Assembly: GCA_964019335.1 (NCBI GenBank)
Contig: OZ025674.1
Coordinates: 186,001 to 250,000 of the forward strand
Direction of reading: 5' to 3'
Length of the DNA: 64,000 bases
Origin: Diplonema japonicum
Taxonomy: Eukaryota > Protista > Euglenozoa: Diplonemea
This document shows positions 10,388 through 23,000 of the stretch, piece after piece (positions within the stretch are counted from its first letter, which is position 1; the number at the start of each line of letters is the position of its first letter). Made by a program: the position numbers and the translations under genes. The notes under the pieces were generated by a model. The model ran no database searches. It saw only the letters and a program-made list of their open reading frames with translations, and was not told the DNA's origin.

Positions 10388-10774
10388 ATGAAGTTAACCC
10401 CTGGATTCCTCTCAGAGCTTTCTTACAACGATGCTGGGAGTGGCTTCGATGCCCCTACAGGGCTGTCCCTCCCGGGAGGAGGTGGTAGTGGTGGTGGTGG
10501 TGGTGGTGGTGGGGGCAGTGCACCGTCTCTCTCCCCTCCTTCCTCCGCTCCCGCTGGCTCTTCCGCTCCCACCATGGGATCTTCCCCTCTAGGCAAAGGC
10601 GGATGGTTCAAGAATATCCCAAAAACCCCAACAGCAGGAGCTGGAGGGGCACACGGCCCCACTGACATGACCAAGTGCATCTCCAGTGCAGCGAAATTCA
10701 TGACATCCATGCATGACAAAGGGTGCCTCAGCAACAGCCAAATATCCTCCATTCGTACTGTGCTACATCTATAA
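10388..10774 (+). CDS. Small Gly/Ser/Pro-rich hypothetical protein, 128 aa
   Basis: ATG directly after an A-run (aataaaaATG). GC-rich coding-like island bounded by homopolymer tracts. Confidence 0.55.
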   Translation: MKLTPGFLSELSYNDAGSGFDAPTGLSLPGGGGSGGGGGGGGGSAPSLSPPSSAPAGSSAPTMGSSPLGKGGWFKNIPKTPTAGAGGAHGPTDMTKCISSAAKFMTSMHDKGCLSNSQISSIRTVLHL

Positions 10775-11024
10775 TGAAAAAAAAGAGAGGGGAAAAAAAA
10801 GGGGGGGGGGGGAGTAATAGGATTTTTTTCCTAATAGTTTGTGTTTCTTTAATAATTACACGGGAAAGTGGGGCGGGGGGGGGTGCTTTTTTTTACACAC
10901 GTTTTTTTTCTCCCCCCCCCCCCCCCCGCCGTCTTCTCCGCTAAATGTACCAAAAAAAGGGGGAAAGCAAAAAAGAAAAGACAAGAGAAAAAAAGAGGGA
11001 ACTTACCCACCCCCAAATGCGATA

Positions 11025-14000
11025 ATGCTGCCGAGGACAGCAACATGGGCCGTAATTGCAGTGTTGGTTCTGAACACACCGATAAAAAGCAACGCTCAAG
11101 GGATTTTAAGCATCGAGACGGTTGAGCTCGAGACAACAGAGAAGGACGTGAACACGGGAACCGCGTACGTGGGGGGGGACGGCGGGCTCACGATAACAGT
11201 AACGGGTGCGAGTTTTTTGGTCCCGCTGCCCAATACCGTGAAGCAGACCATCGTAGCTGGAGTAGTAGGGGACGGGCAAAGAGACGGCTTCCTCGCACAA
11301 AAAGCAACCCTGCTCCAACCAACATCCATCACCACTACCACCACCACCCTCGTCATACCATGGGCCGCATCCTTGGACTACGACATAGATACAGATGAGT
11401 GGCTTAACATCACCATTCCAGACTCCGCTCTTGCTTCTTCAGCCACTGTTCTTTCCCAACCCCAATCAGTCCGGATCCAAAAGTCAACTGGAACCATCAT
11501 CATCGCCAAACGGCCTTATGACCTTCCTAACGGGGCTGCCACAGGGCATACCATGGCTGAAGCGGATGCTCGCACTGATAAACCATCCATTTTCATCGCG
11601 GTCTCCCCGTGGGAAAACTGGGCGCAAGACGCCACCACTCCGTTGGGGATCAACAACATGGCAACGAACTGCACTTTTTCAAACCGCCCCACGCAGCCTT
11701 ACGGATGGGACGCGCGGGTTAAAGTAGGGAACCTCATTGAATGGGACCAGGGTCGGTTTGCCCACCCCAACGGGGAACACCTCAAGATCACCACAAACCC
11801 GGCATTGACAGGGTGGAGGTACTTGGAAGTCTTCATCTCCCCTGACAGCGACTACGACACTTCCATAACAGAAACCATCAGCATTGACACCAGCTGCGTC
11901 GCACGGTACCTAGGCTCCGGGTTGGAGCCGAACCCCGATGCAAAGCTCAGCTTCGATATTGAACCAACGCCAGGGAGCTTCTGGGTGGCTACAAATGCCG
12001 GGAATGAGGTTTGGGAAACTGACATTTCTGTAGGCGCTCCATGCAACTGGGAAGGCGTCTCTTCAACACAGGTAGCAGACCCCGACCCGCGGTGCTCGTA
12101 CGGGTCATCTGTGTCTAACCCATCGCCTGCAGCATCTGCAACCTTTCCCTTGGTCGTGACTGTGAATCTGGAGAAAGGAGAAACCTGGTTGCGCGATGCT
12201 ACCGCGCAGACAGAACTTCTCGACTCCTTCACATCCATTCTCGGATCGGACTTTGTGAACCACAAGTCCGACATTCTGAACGTGGGGAACATACAGTACA
12301 TCGATGACTGGACAGTCGCTATCTCACTGCTGTCATGGCCCCAGTGGGCTGCCTCCCGCCGGCAGACGCAGTCATTCGACATCACTGTTGATGAATACAT
12401 CCGGCTCTCTATCAGCCACCGCTGTGTGGCATCCAAGTCCACTTCTCTCCTCCCCATTGCCAACCCTGTCGGTTCCGTCAAGCCACCCGGCTTCACCATT
12501 AAGCCCGCGCCTGGTTGGCTCGTTGCCGAGGGTAACTTAGAATCCTGTGCTGTTATAACAGCAATGGCGGGCTGTGTGGGCGGGTGTACATGGACCGGCA
12601 CAGGGTGTGTTTCTAGCACAGACAGCCACCGCGACCTTATCTTCACAGAAGAAGAGGTCCGCAACGGTGAAGCGTACATTGCGCTGATGTTTGGCGCTGC
12701 GCCTGGCTACACTACTGCGGGGGTTCCGACAGGCGACACTGTGCTCCAGTTCCCTGACGCCTCCTCGACGGAAGCGTGGTGCACGCAGGTGCTCCCCACT
12801 GCCACAATTACTTCTACCGTAAATCGCTGCACCAAAGTGATTGATGGTTCTGATCTACGGGCTGCCTTCACTTCTGGCAGCACCGCTCCCACATACTGGG
12901 ACGCCCGTGAAGCTTCTCTCCTACCCAACTCCGCCGTGACAGTGACACCGCGAAGCATCATTGTGAACATCCCCGCCGACCCCAGCTACGATATCTGGGA
13001 CGAGGAAGTGGTGATGGTCAACATACACCCGTACTCAGGGACCCCGCCGTCTGTCATCACTGTCATGACGACCAGCGGGCTCGTTCCTTTCGGTCAGCCG
13101 CTCAATATCACCATCAAACCGTCACACGGTGGGCTGAAGGTGCAGCATGCCACCATCACTCACCCCTTAGGGAGCATCACCTTCACCGAAGATCAAGTGC
13201 GTGCTGGGATAGGGGTCCTCCGAATGACATGGGAGGGCGAGATGTGGCGCTTGGGGTGTTGTGAAGGGAATCTACGAGCTGGTGGTGACAACGGAGAACT
13301 GCCACCAGGCGGGCTGAGAATGATGTCTGACGTGACTGCTGTGACAAACCCTGACGGGTGGAACAATCGATTGGAGAACTCTTCGGATCTTCTGCCTTTC
13401 ATGCAGACAGTGGTCACCGACATCCCCGCGGGGGCAACTGCATATGGCCGAGTTCTTGAACTACGCTTCCAGCCGGACCCCTACTACGACACTTCGATAG
13501 AGGAGCACATCACGATCTCCATCACAGAGTCTGCTGTGGTGTCCTCCCTATCCTACATGGGTATGGGGTGGCCACGTGCATCGTGCACTCCTGGCGCAGG
13601 CTGCTCAGATTTTGTAATCAATATCGAACCTTCTGCAGGGAGGCTTGTTTGTCTAGGGGGTGCCTCGGACACCATATGCCCTGATCTGACCGAGCAGGAC
13701 ATCAGAGACGGCGGGCGTGTTATCACCCTGCGTCTGGACGTGGGAGAGACCTGGAATGCTGCTGTGTGGCCTTCGCCTTTCAAAACTGATTTCATCGGCT
13801 TGATGCACTCTATTGTGACTACGTCAACGGAACCGTCTGGCTTCCAGGCGAGGAAAGGGACGATCGTCGTGGGTTCCGGGCTGGAGATAGATTTTACAAA
13901 CAGCTCGAGGGAGCTGATTCTCACGCTGCAGCCCGATTCACTGTACGACCTTGTGAGCTCTGCTGAGGAGGAAGTGCGTATCGAGATCTCTTCCAGCATG

Positions 14001-17000
14001 ACCTCGTCGGCACCGCTGGTAACGCCGTCTGTTGTATCCTTCAAGATACGGAGAAGTGCTGGTACAGTCACCCCGAGTGCATGTCTTGGTGTCACGCAGT
14101 ACTCCACAAGCGGCAACCCATCGCCAACGACGAACCCCGTGCAGCCTGCAACCGCCGAGTGTGCCACGTCCAACGTAGCTTCTTCCTTCCGTCTGTGGTC
14201 GTCTCTCGACAACGTGGAAGCTGACACCCTTGTCATCACCGAGAGGGACATTCGCCTTGGAGACGTAAGTCTCCGTCTGGCCCTCGGCTGCGGTGAGACC
14301 TGGTCCGCCATACCGAACAAGGAGCAGCTTATCAAGGCAGCTTTCGCTAACTTCCCTGAACTAGACACGCTCCTCCCTGACGCCTCCCTTGCGACGACGA
14401 TCACCATCCCCGCAGGGGCGTGCCCGCAGGTCGTCACTGTCATGCTTCAGCAGCATCCTGACTTCGACATCGCCGTGCCGACTGACGTTAAATTAGAGCT
14501 GCCTGGGACGCTGTTCGTTTCTGGCTTGACCCCTCCCACCGTCTACTTGAGGATTCAGCCTTCTGCAGGCCGCATGAGCTTGAACGTCAAGAAAGGCAGT
14601 ATTGGCACCGCAGGGGACTTTGTCGGTGCGGGCAACGGCGACAACAGTTACTTCACAACCGATACCAGTGAAGGCGTCATTGACGAAGAGGTGATACGGG
14701 AGGGAAGATTGGTGCTAAACATTACTTTCGAGGCTGGAGAGACATGGGCGCAGACCACGCAGTGCAGGGATTGGCTTGTTGGCAGTTTTGCAGGAGCTGT
14801 TAACCCCAACCAACAAGGCGAAGACGGGGTGTGGTCCGCATACCAGGACCCAAATGCGTGGGGCCCTGGTAAGGATTCTGTTCACACGACAGCTTTGCCT
14901 TCTTCGGCTGTTGTGCAGTTCCAGGGCACAAAGACTGCTCTCGTGCGGCTTGCAGCTGTGCCTAACTACGACATAAGCGTTCCGCAAAACGTGACTCTCG
15001 ACGTGCCCCCTGAGTGCACCATGTCTGCCCTGCGACCCTGGTGGGACGATGTGGCAAGGAACACAGCGCCGTATGCCTCGGTGACGATGACAATGTCCGC
15101 AGACGTCAACTCACGCCTTGCTGCTGGTGACCCCTACACACATGCGTTCAGGGACCCTGCAATGGCAGGAGGGATCCCCGGGAATGGCTTTTTCACCATC
15201 GTCCCTACCGCAGGGAGTTTACGACTCACAGCTACTGACGGCAGAGGGTGCTCAGGGGCGTGTGAGACCTATTCCACACAAAACCCCATTATGATATCAG
15301 ATGACGAAGCTCGAAGTGGTGTAACTACCAAACTGCGCTTGGAGCTCGTGGGCGAGAGATGGGCTGTCGATAGTGATGCGGAAGCTGGTGCTACTTGTGT
15401 TCCTGCCTCCGGTTGGTGCAACACACCATCGAGACGGACTGATGTTTGCACGGATGCCACCACCTGCTCATGCTCAGGGACACCTTCTGACTGCTGTGCC
15501 TTGAACCCAAGCTGTGACGGCTCTGCACCTTCGCCTCAACCAACTAACTTCAACTTCAAGTCCTTGGTGTGGTACTTTACTTACGTATTTGGGGAAGATT
15601 GGCCCAAGAGCCCTGCAACAGGCGCAGGCACGATAGCGGCATCTGCAGCTGCTTTGATTGCGTCCACCGCTAATGCGGACACTGGCTTCACCGGAAGGAA
15701 GGACACGTTGTTTCCTGCACCCGAGGTGTTCCCCACTGCCACTTCTGTGACCCTCGTGAGCCCCACTATCATTGAAATCTCCTTTGCTGTCGACACGGGC
15801 TACTCGCTGACTACAGACGAGACGGTTGTGATAACCTTGCCTGACGGGATGACAAGGTCTGGACTGCAGACCAGCCCGCCGATGGTGAACTTTTCGTTCG
15901 TGGTGACACCACCCGTGGTCACAATGGGGCCGAAGAACACCTTCACAGAGACAGAGATCCGTGCTGGAGTGACATTGACATTCACGTTGAACATGGGGTG
16001 CTGGGTCACTGGCGCTGAGAACTTGCTACTGCAGAACATGCGAAGCGACAGAACCGCCGTGCAGCAGCCAAATGGGTGGGAGATGATGATCAGGGACAGG
16101 CTCTTCGCGGGTGGCGTCTCCATGACGCTGCCTGTAGGGACGTGCACTCAGACAATAGAAATCCCCTTGAATGCCACCAACGGCGTGGCAGATCCTGGAG
16201 AAGCTTACGATACTTCTCAGATCGAAACAATCACGATAGGCCTCTCCAGTACGATGACGGGGTCTTCTGTGACGCCGGTGGGCAACCCCTCCCCTTTGGT
16301 CTTTACGATAACGCCCGATGCTGGTAGTGTTGAGATTTATCCTCCTGTGTTGTTCGAAAGGGATATCAAGGTCTGCACCACGCCTTTGGAAATCGTTGTG
16401 AGGCTCACCGGAGAGCGCTGGGCTACTCCGTACAACTCAGTGTTGCAGAGCTGCATTGTGAACGCCATGGACAGCATCACGTTGAACTCTGAGTTCGACA
16501 GGCTGAAGTCGACGCTAGTCATCCCTTCGGCAGTCACGATACGGAACCCTTGGGAGGCAGTGGTACCTATCCAGTGTACGCCTGGGTACAACAGCGATGA
16601 TCCTGAGATTGTGTTTGTGCAGATAGTGGGTGCGTGTGTTGCTAGCGGGATACCACCAGGGCCTGCGGTCGGTCCTGCGCCGCCTAGGTTCCAGATCCAA
16701 ATGGAGCAGGCTTCGAGTGTCGGCTTGATGGAAAAGAACTTGCAAGAAGCGGACTTCCAAAGCGGGAGTCCCTGTGTGACAATCATTCTGGTGGGCACGA
16801 TGGGCTATAACGACACCTTCGTGGACGACTCAGTGAAGATCGTAGCCGACATGGTGTCGAACAAGTTCGGTGCAGGGTGGGATAAAGGCTTCAACGCCAG
16901 GAAGACCTCGTTAGTGGCCCCGTCCGGCATCAGCATCATACACCAGGGCAATGCGCCTCTCCCAGGTGACGTCAACCGCCCAAAACTTCTGATCTGCTTC

Positions 17001-20000
17001 AACACCGACCCCGAGTACCAGATCGACGAGCCGGAGGTGGTCACCATCACCATTCACGGCACCGCAATCAGCACAGGCATTGCACCCAATTACCTCGACA
17101 ACGAGCCCCTCCAGGTCACCATATCCCCGTCTAGAGGAAACCTCACCATCTTCCCCGACACCTTCACAGAAGATGAGATCCGCAACGGCGGTGCTGTCAT
17201 CACCATGCTTCTTGACTACAGCGAGAGGTGGGGGGCTAATCCTGGAGCATGCGCAACGGGTGGCACGGGGGGTGATTGTACCACGGCAATCCCCACAAGG
17301 TATTTGTGCGAGTGCAACAACAGCATGGCTTGCGAGGCGAACGCCTTCAGCACTGCCACACAGCCGTTCGGGTGGAACCAGAGGTTCAACACTATTGTCA
17401 GCGCCGCGAATTTTGGCTTCACATCTTCGGACCCCATAAGGTCGCTGGAGCTGACCCTTACGGCCGATGTACTCTTTGATGTGACGCAAGATCAGTACGT
17501 GCGAGTGGAGATGCCCGGGTGCGCTACTGCGAGTGGCGTTCCCACTTTGGTGGAATACATCAAAATCATACAAACTCCTGGGAAAATCTCCCTGGCACAG
17601 CAGGTACCCGCTGTGGGGTCGTCAACCCCTTGCGGCGACCCTTGCTACCACGGGACGCCCTTGTCCTTCACGGAACGCGATGTGCGGAACGGGTCTATCT
17701 CGTTGCTGCTGCGTGTTGATGGCGACCAATGGCTGAACAGACCTGCTCATGTACAGGCCGGGTTTGTATCTGACTGTCCGGAGACACCACTACCGGGAGT
17801 GCCCACGGTGTTCTGTCCTGATGGGTTTAATGCCAAACTTGCAGACATTGTGCCCACAAGCTCCATTCTGAAGGTCATCAACAGCGACTCAAGGTTGCTG
17901 CAGGTGAACTTTACTACAGTGCCTACATACAACATCGATTCCGACGAATTGGTTTGTGTCACCTTCCCGGCCTCCGTAATGGCGTCAGGCCTTGCTCCTG
18001 AGATGAGCGCCGACCACCAGCAGAGCTACGGGTCGGCATTCTGCTTCAACATCACTGCTGTGCCCGGGACCGTGTCTGTTGTGCAGTCGCCGGAACCTAT
18101 TTGCGAGTCTCATATACGTCTAGGCACCTCATCGTTTACGCTGCAGCTTGAAGAGGAGTTCTGGAACCTGCAAGCGCCGCTACTGCTGTTCAGTTATATT
18201 ACAGGGAACCAGACATGCCTACCTTCTGACACCGCATGCCTTGCGAAGTACAACCAAAACTCTGTGTTTGTGGGTCAGAAAGCGCGTATCATTCCCACCG
18301 TGGGTGGTATCTTGGACACCAGCAAGGTGGTCTTCCTTGACGGCCCGCCTCCGTACCACACACAGCTGCACTTCCCGTTTCCAGACGTGTCGATGTTGTC
18401 GCTCCTTAGGCCATGGTACGACATAGAGGAGACGGAGATGATATCAATTGACGTCATTGCGCAGTCCACAGCTTCGGGCCTTCGACCGTTAGAGCCCAAC
18501 CCGGCAACTTTTGAAATACAGGCCTCGACTCTGTCTGTGTCGGATGTGATGTTCTGGGAAGACGACCTCCGCAACGCGACTGTACTGAAGTTCAATCTGA
18601 CGCTGTACTGCGACGAGTGGGTTCCAGGCAGCGAGGTCATCATGGCACGCGCGTTCACAGCCGAACGGCAGCCTGCCCCAAACAACGGGTGGGACGGGAG
18701 GAAAGGCACCATCTTGCGCCTTGACGTAATAAACACGCCGCCCACCGTGCTGCAAGTGTCCCTTCTGACCGACCCCGTCTACGACATCTGCTCTGCCTTT
18801 GAGGACATCGCCATCGATTTTAGCATCCATGCCTCTCACTTCTCCGAAGCTGAGATGCAGTCGATGTTCGCGTCTGGTGTCCCCCCCACCCCGTACGTCG
18901 ACGGGCGCAGAACAAAGTACAAGACACTTCTCACCCCTGCCGACGACGCTTCTGACTTCATGAAGTTCCGCGTACAGTCCAAGCCAGGCCAAGCCACTAT
19001 GATCACGTACAAGAACAACGTACAATGCCCCTCCCCCTGCACCTTTACGGAGGATGAGATCCGTGATGGCGTCGGCTCCATACGCCTGTTTCTCACAGGC
19101 TCGCCTGCGGGATGGAGCAATGCACCATCGCTTGTCCTGGGCTTGAACTCGTCCCTTTCTGCACCTGGATCTTTCTCAGACAGGGTCTGCACCATTGCTC
19201 CCAAGTCGTCAGTCACCCCTCAAGTGTCAGGGGGCACTACTGCAGTTATCCCCTTCGACCCCGATGCAATGTACGACATAGTGGAAGACGAGTGGGTGTG
19301 GCTCAGCCTTCCTGAAGGCAACGTGTACGACCCTTGCACGATGACTACAGTACCTAGCTCGTCATTGTGCGATGTGGATGTTGTAGGAGACTTCCGGCTC
19401 AAAGTGCAAGGATCGCCTGGTGCAGCACAGAACTGCAGCTGTGACACTGGTGGCTGCATGCTGCCAGCGGGACTGCAATCACTCGAAATCTACGGCATGG
19501 AGCTAGACGCATCTCCCAACATGGACGCTGCGTTTGCCATGCCTGCAGCACGCGACTGCTCGCAAGGCGACGCATTCGGCTACGGTGTGGTCACAGACTT
19601 CCCTGACACGGATGCCCGCGGCTTGACAAGAGTCAAATGGGAACCTGACATGTATGCGTCGGGGCAATTCAACCTGTGCTACAAGAACAAGGGATCTGCA
19701 CAGTACTACAAAGTACCGCTGTGCGGCGCACTTGACATTGTGGGCGCAGTGTGGTCCGCAACCACTCCAGACGGCACGCTGGGGCCTTTCAAGCTTGGCA
19801 CAAACTACAACGTCACGTTCAAAGGAAAAGGGTTGAATTCCCGACCTGGCACAGATCAGATAAAAACAGTGCCCGACGGGGGTACTTGTGACAAACCTGG
19901 TGACGTGATGGATAACCTGGGCCCCGGCGACAAGTCTAATGTCGGGCCTGCACCCTCGAGTGGTGTGCTTGACATGGATGTGGCGACACTACAAGCGACA

Positions 20001-23000
20001 CACTGGGACGCGAGCTTTGAGAAGAGCGGGTTGTTCAGGTTGTGCTACCTTCCGAACAGGGGCACGCAATGGACGGATCTAGGAACGTTTGCTGTATCTG
20101 GCCTTGTGACTGATTTCACCCCTACTTTCATGTGGGCAGGTGAAGACACCAGCGTGGTGGTGCAGGGCCAGGGTCTCAGCCACTATGATCGGGTGTTTGG
20201 TGTGTGGAACGAGTCTGGGGTGTTCGACACGGAACACGACTGTGCCAGGTACTTCCCAGGGGACACGTTGCAGGTGTTTGACTTCCCGCGGCTGCAAGCC
20301 TTCGATGAGTACGAGGTAAGGGGCGGCGTCACTGTGACGGCCTTGCTTGACGACAAAGCTGTTCTCGATGTGAAAAAGGGTGACTTCTTCAAGCCTGGGT
20401 ACTACCACCTGTGCTACGGTTTCATGAACAGCAGCTCGTGGGACACCATCCCCGACAGCACTCTTCGGGTTATGACATCTTACACACGGCACAGCCCGTG
20501 GGAGACTGAGGTGCTCCCTCCCGGAGGCGGTCCCGACACGGTTTTCACGCTGGTTGGATGGGGGCTTGACGTGGTGCCAAGTACTTTGAAGCTTGTGAAG
20601 AAAGGTCAGAGCTGCACCGCGGGGGCTGTGGGCGCCATTAAGACGGTTGGAACCTTGCGCAGTGGGCCTGATGTAGGCATGGAACCCCGTTGGAACGGAT
20701 TCCAGTACGAAGTCGACGTCACCGCATCATTCACAGTACCCGGCACCTACTACTGGTGCTTCCAGACTCCTGAAATGTACAACTGCAACCCACCGAACAC
20801 AATCCCGTACACGTCCTGTCCCATTGACTCAACTGTCACCACTACAGGGTGGAAGACAGTGCCTCAACCGCTTGTTGTCTCCCCCCGTTTCACAGGCTTC
20901 TGGGACCAGTTCATCCCAGCAGGCTCGATGTCCACCGTTACTGCAACGTCTGCTGCGAACGACATCGATTTGGGGATATTGTCGAGGGCCATCAATGTGA
21001 AACTTGACTGGTTCAATGTCAGCTGCACGCAGTCGGACCCTAGGGACGGCGCTGTCAGCGCGACTGTGAAGGAGGCCGGCATAAGGACGACCATCTCGTT
21101 CGACATTACGATTGCACGGTCCGGGTGGTACATCATATGCCTGGGCGACCACAGGGTGGTCAAGGGCGGGCTGCTCGGTGTGTACCCTGTGCCTTTGGGG
21201 TACGACCCTGTCGACATCGAACTGAGGTCCGAGAAGGTGAACCCGACAGGACTGCTGCCAGGTTCTGCAGAACCTATCCCTGTCACAATGATAGGAATGG
21301 GTTTGACAGGGGAGGGTTACGACCAGTACGGGAAGTGGCGAGAGAGTGACTTGTACGGTGCTGTGCCTTGGGGGGTCGAGTCACCTGAGGGGGGGTTCTA
21401 CAGTTGTGGAAACTACTCAGACTTCGACTTGCCAGCCTTTGGCGACCCGTGGTGGAAGACATCGAACCCGCATGCCTTGCGCATCGATGGTGTACCTGCA
21501 ACGTTGGTGGCGGAGGGAACCCAGACCACAGCTACCCGTCTGGCATGGATGAACTCCACATTCACGCCTGGTAACTACACACTGTGTCTTTACGACTGGG
21601 TGCGCGGCATGTGGGTAGACGCTGACCCCGATACTTTTTATGTCCCGCCCAACTCTGCACCCGAGCTCAACCTCCTCAACACCGACTTCATCGTCCACCC
21701 CAATGCCGGGACCATCAGTGTGCCCAACTTCCTGCAATCTAACAAAGCGGGGCTGTACGCTGCCGAGGAGGCTGCGCAGTCTGTCACCTATAGCGTGTCG
21801 CCCTTCAACGCCGATACTAATGCCGCTTTCCTTACCCTGCCGAGCTACGCGCGTGGTACTAACATTATGTGGTTCACACTGCAGCAAAACGCGCTCCCTG
21901 GCACTTACAGTTTCAACATCACTGCGAAAGACAACGGCGGTACACTGTATGGTGGTGAAGATACAAGACTTGCGTGGTTCAGGGTGCAAGTGAAGGGAGT
22001 GGTGTCAGGGGTTGTGCAGCCTTGGAGGTTCAATGTAAAGGAAAATGCAAAAGTGACGCTAACAGGGATAGGACTGTCTACCTTCAACGGAGACTGCGCC
22101 AGGATAGTGGCAGACACAGACCCTGTAGGGTGCAACAGAGTCTCTGAAATTCCTGATAAGTACACCTTGCGCTGTCCTTCTGGTATCCCCAACTGCTACA
22201 CACCCGAGGACCAGAGCAGGATCCTCCAACTACAAGATGCTTGGCGTGCAGGGTACACGGAAGGACCGTACATTCTCCCTGAGGTTGTCCCGCCCCAGTA
22301 CCGACCTGACCCGTCTCTGCCACCAGGCTTTGACACACTCAAAGAACAACTGCAAGCTGCCTGGCGGGAGGGAAAATACACGGCGTCTGTGCACGATGTG
22401 TGCCAGCTTGAGCCTGGGTTCTTCGACAACCTTAATGAAACATTCTTCACGACACCTGTGATCCCCTTTCCAGGTGATTATGCTGTGTGCTACAAGCTGA
22501 AGGGCGACACTGACAGGTGGATGCGGGTTGCAAACAGCTCATTCACGGTCACTGGCGTGGTGGAGTCATATACACCTCATGCAATGTATGCGGGTGACCC
22601 TGTGCTGGTAAACTTCACTGGTGGCGGGCTAGCAGATGTCGACCAGGTGGTGGCTGTGTGGCTCACTGACGGTGCCCTGACGCCCTCCGTTTTTGACTCC
22701 TACGACTGCAATGACCTGTCTCTTAACAGTTTCACAAACACACCAGGTGGAAGCTCACCCTCCACAGCTATTACAGGCTTCTCTTACCCCAGCCTTGCGG
22801 GTAACACCGCACGCATCGGCATCAACTACACAACAGTGTCCATCGGGGAAGACGTCCTCAGGCGAACAGGGCACTACAGGCTGTGCTACAAGGTAGTAGG
22901 GACAGCATGGTGGCTTGATGTGGAAGGTGGCATGCTAAGAGTCTTCGCTTCCATAAGAAGCTTCGAACCCCAAGAACAGCTGCTTGTGGGTGACACTGCA

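Noticed and set aside
10839-11024. N-terminal extension of the 4904-aa ORF
   Set aside because: Homopolymer-derived with a non-ATG start; ATG 11025 begins a signal peptide.
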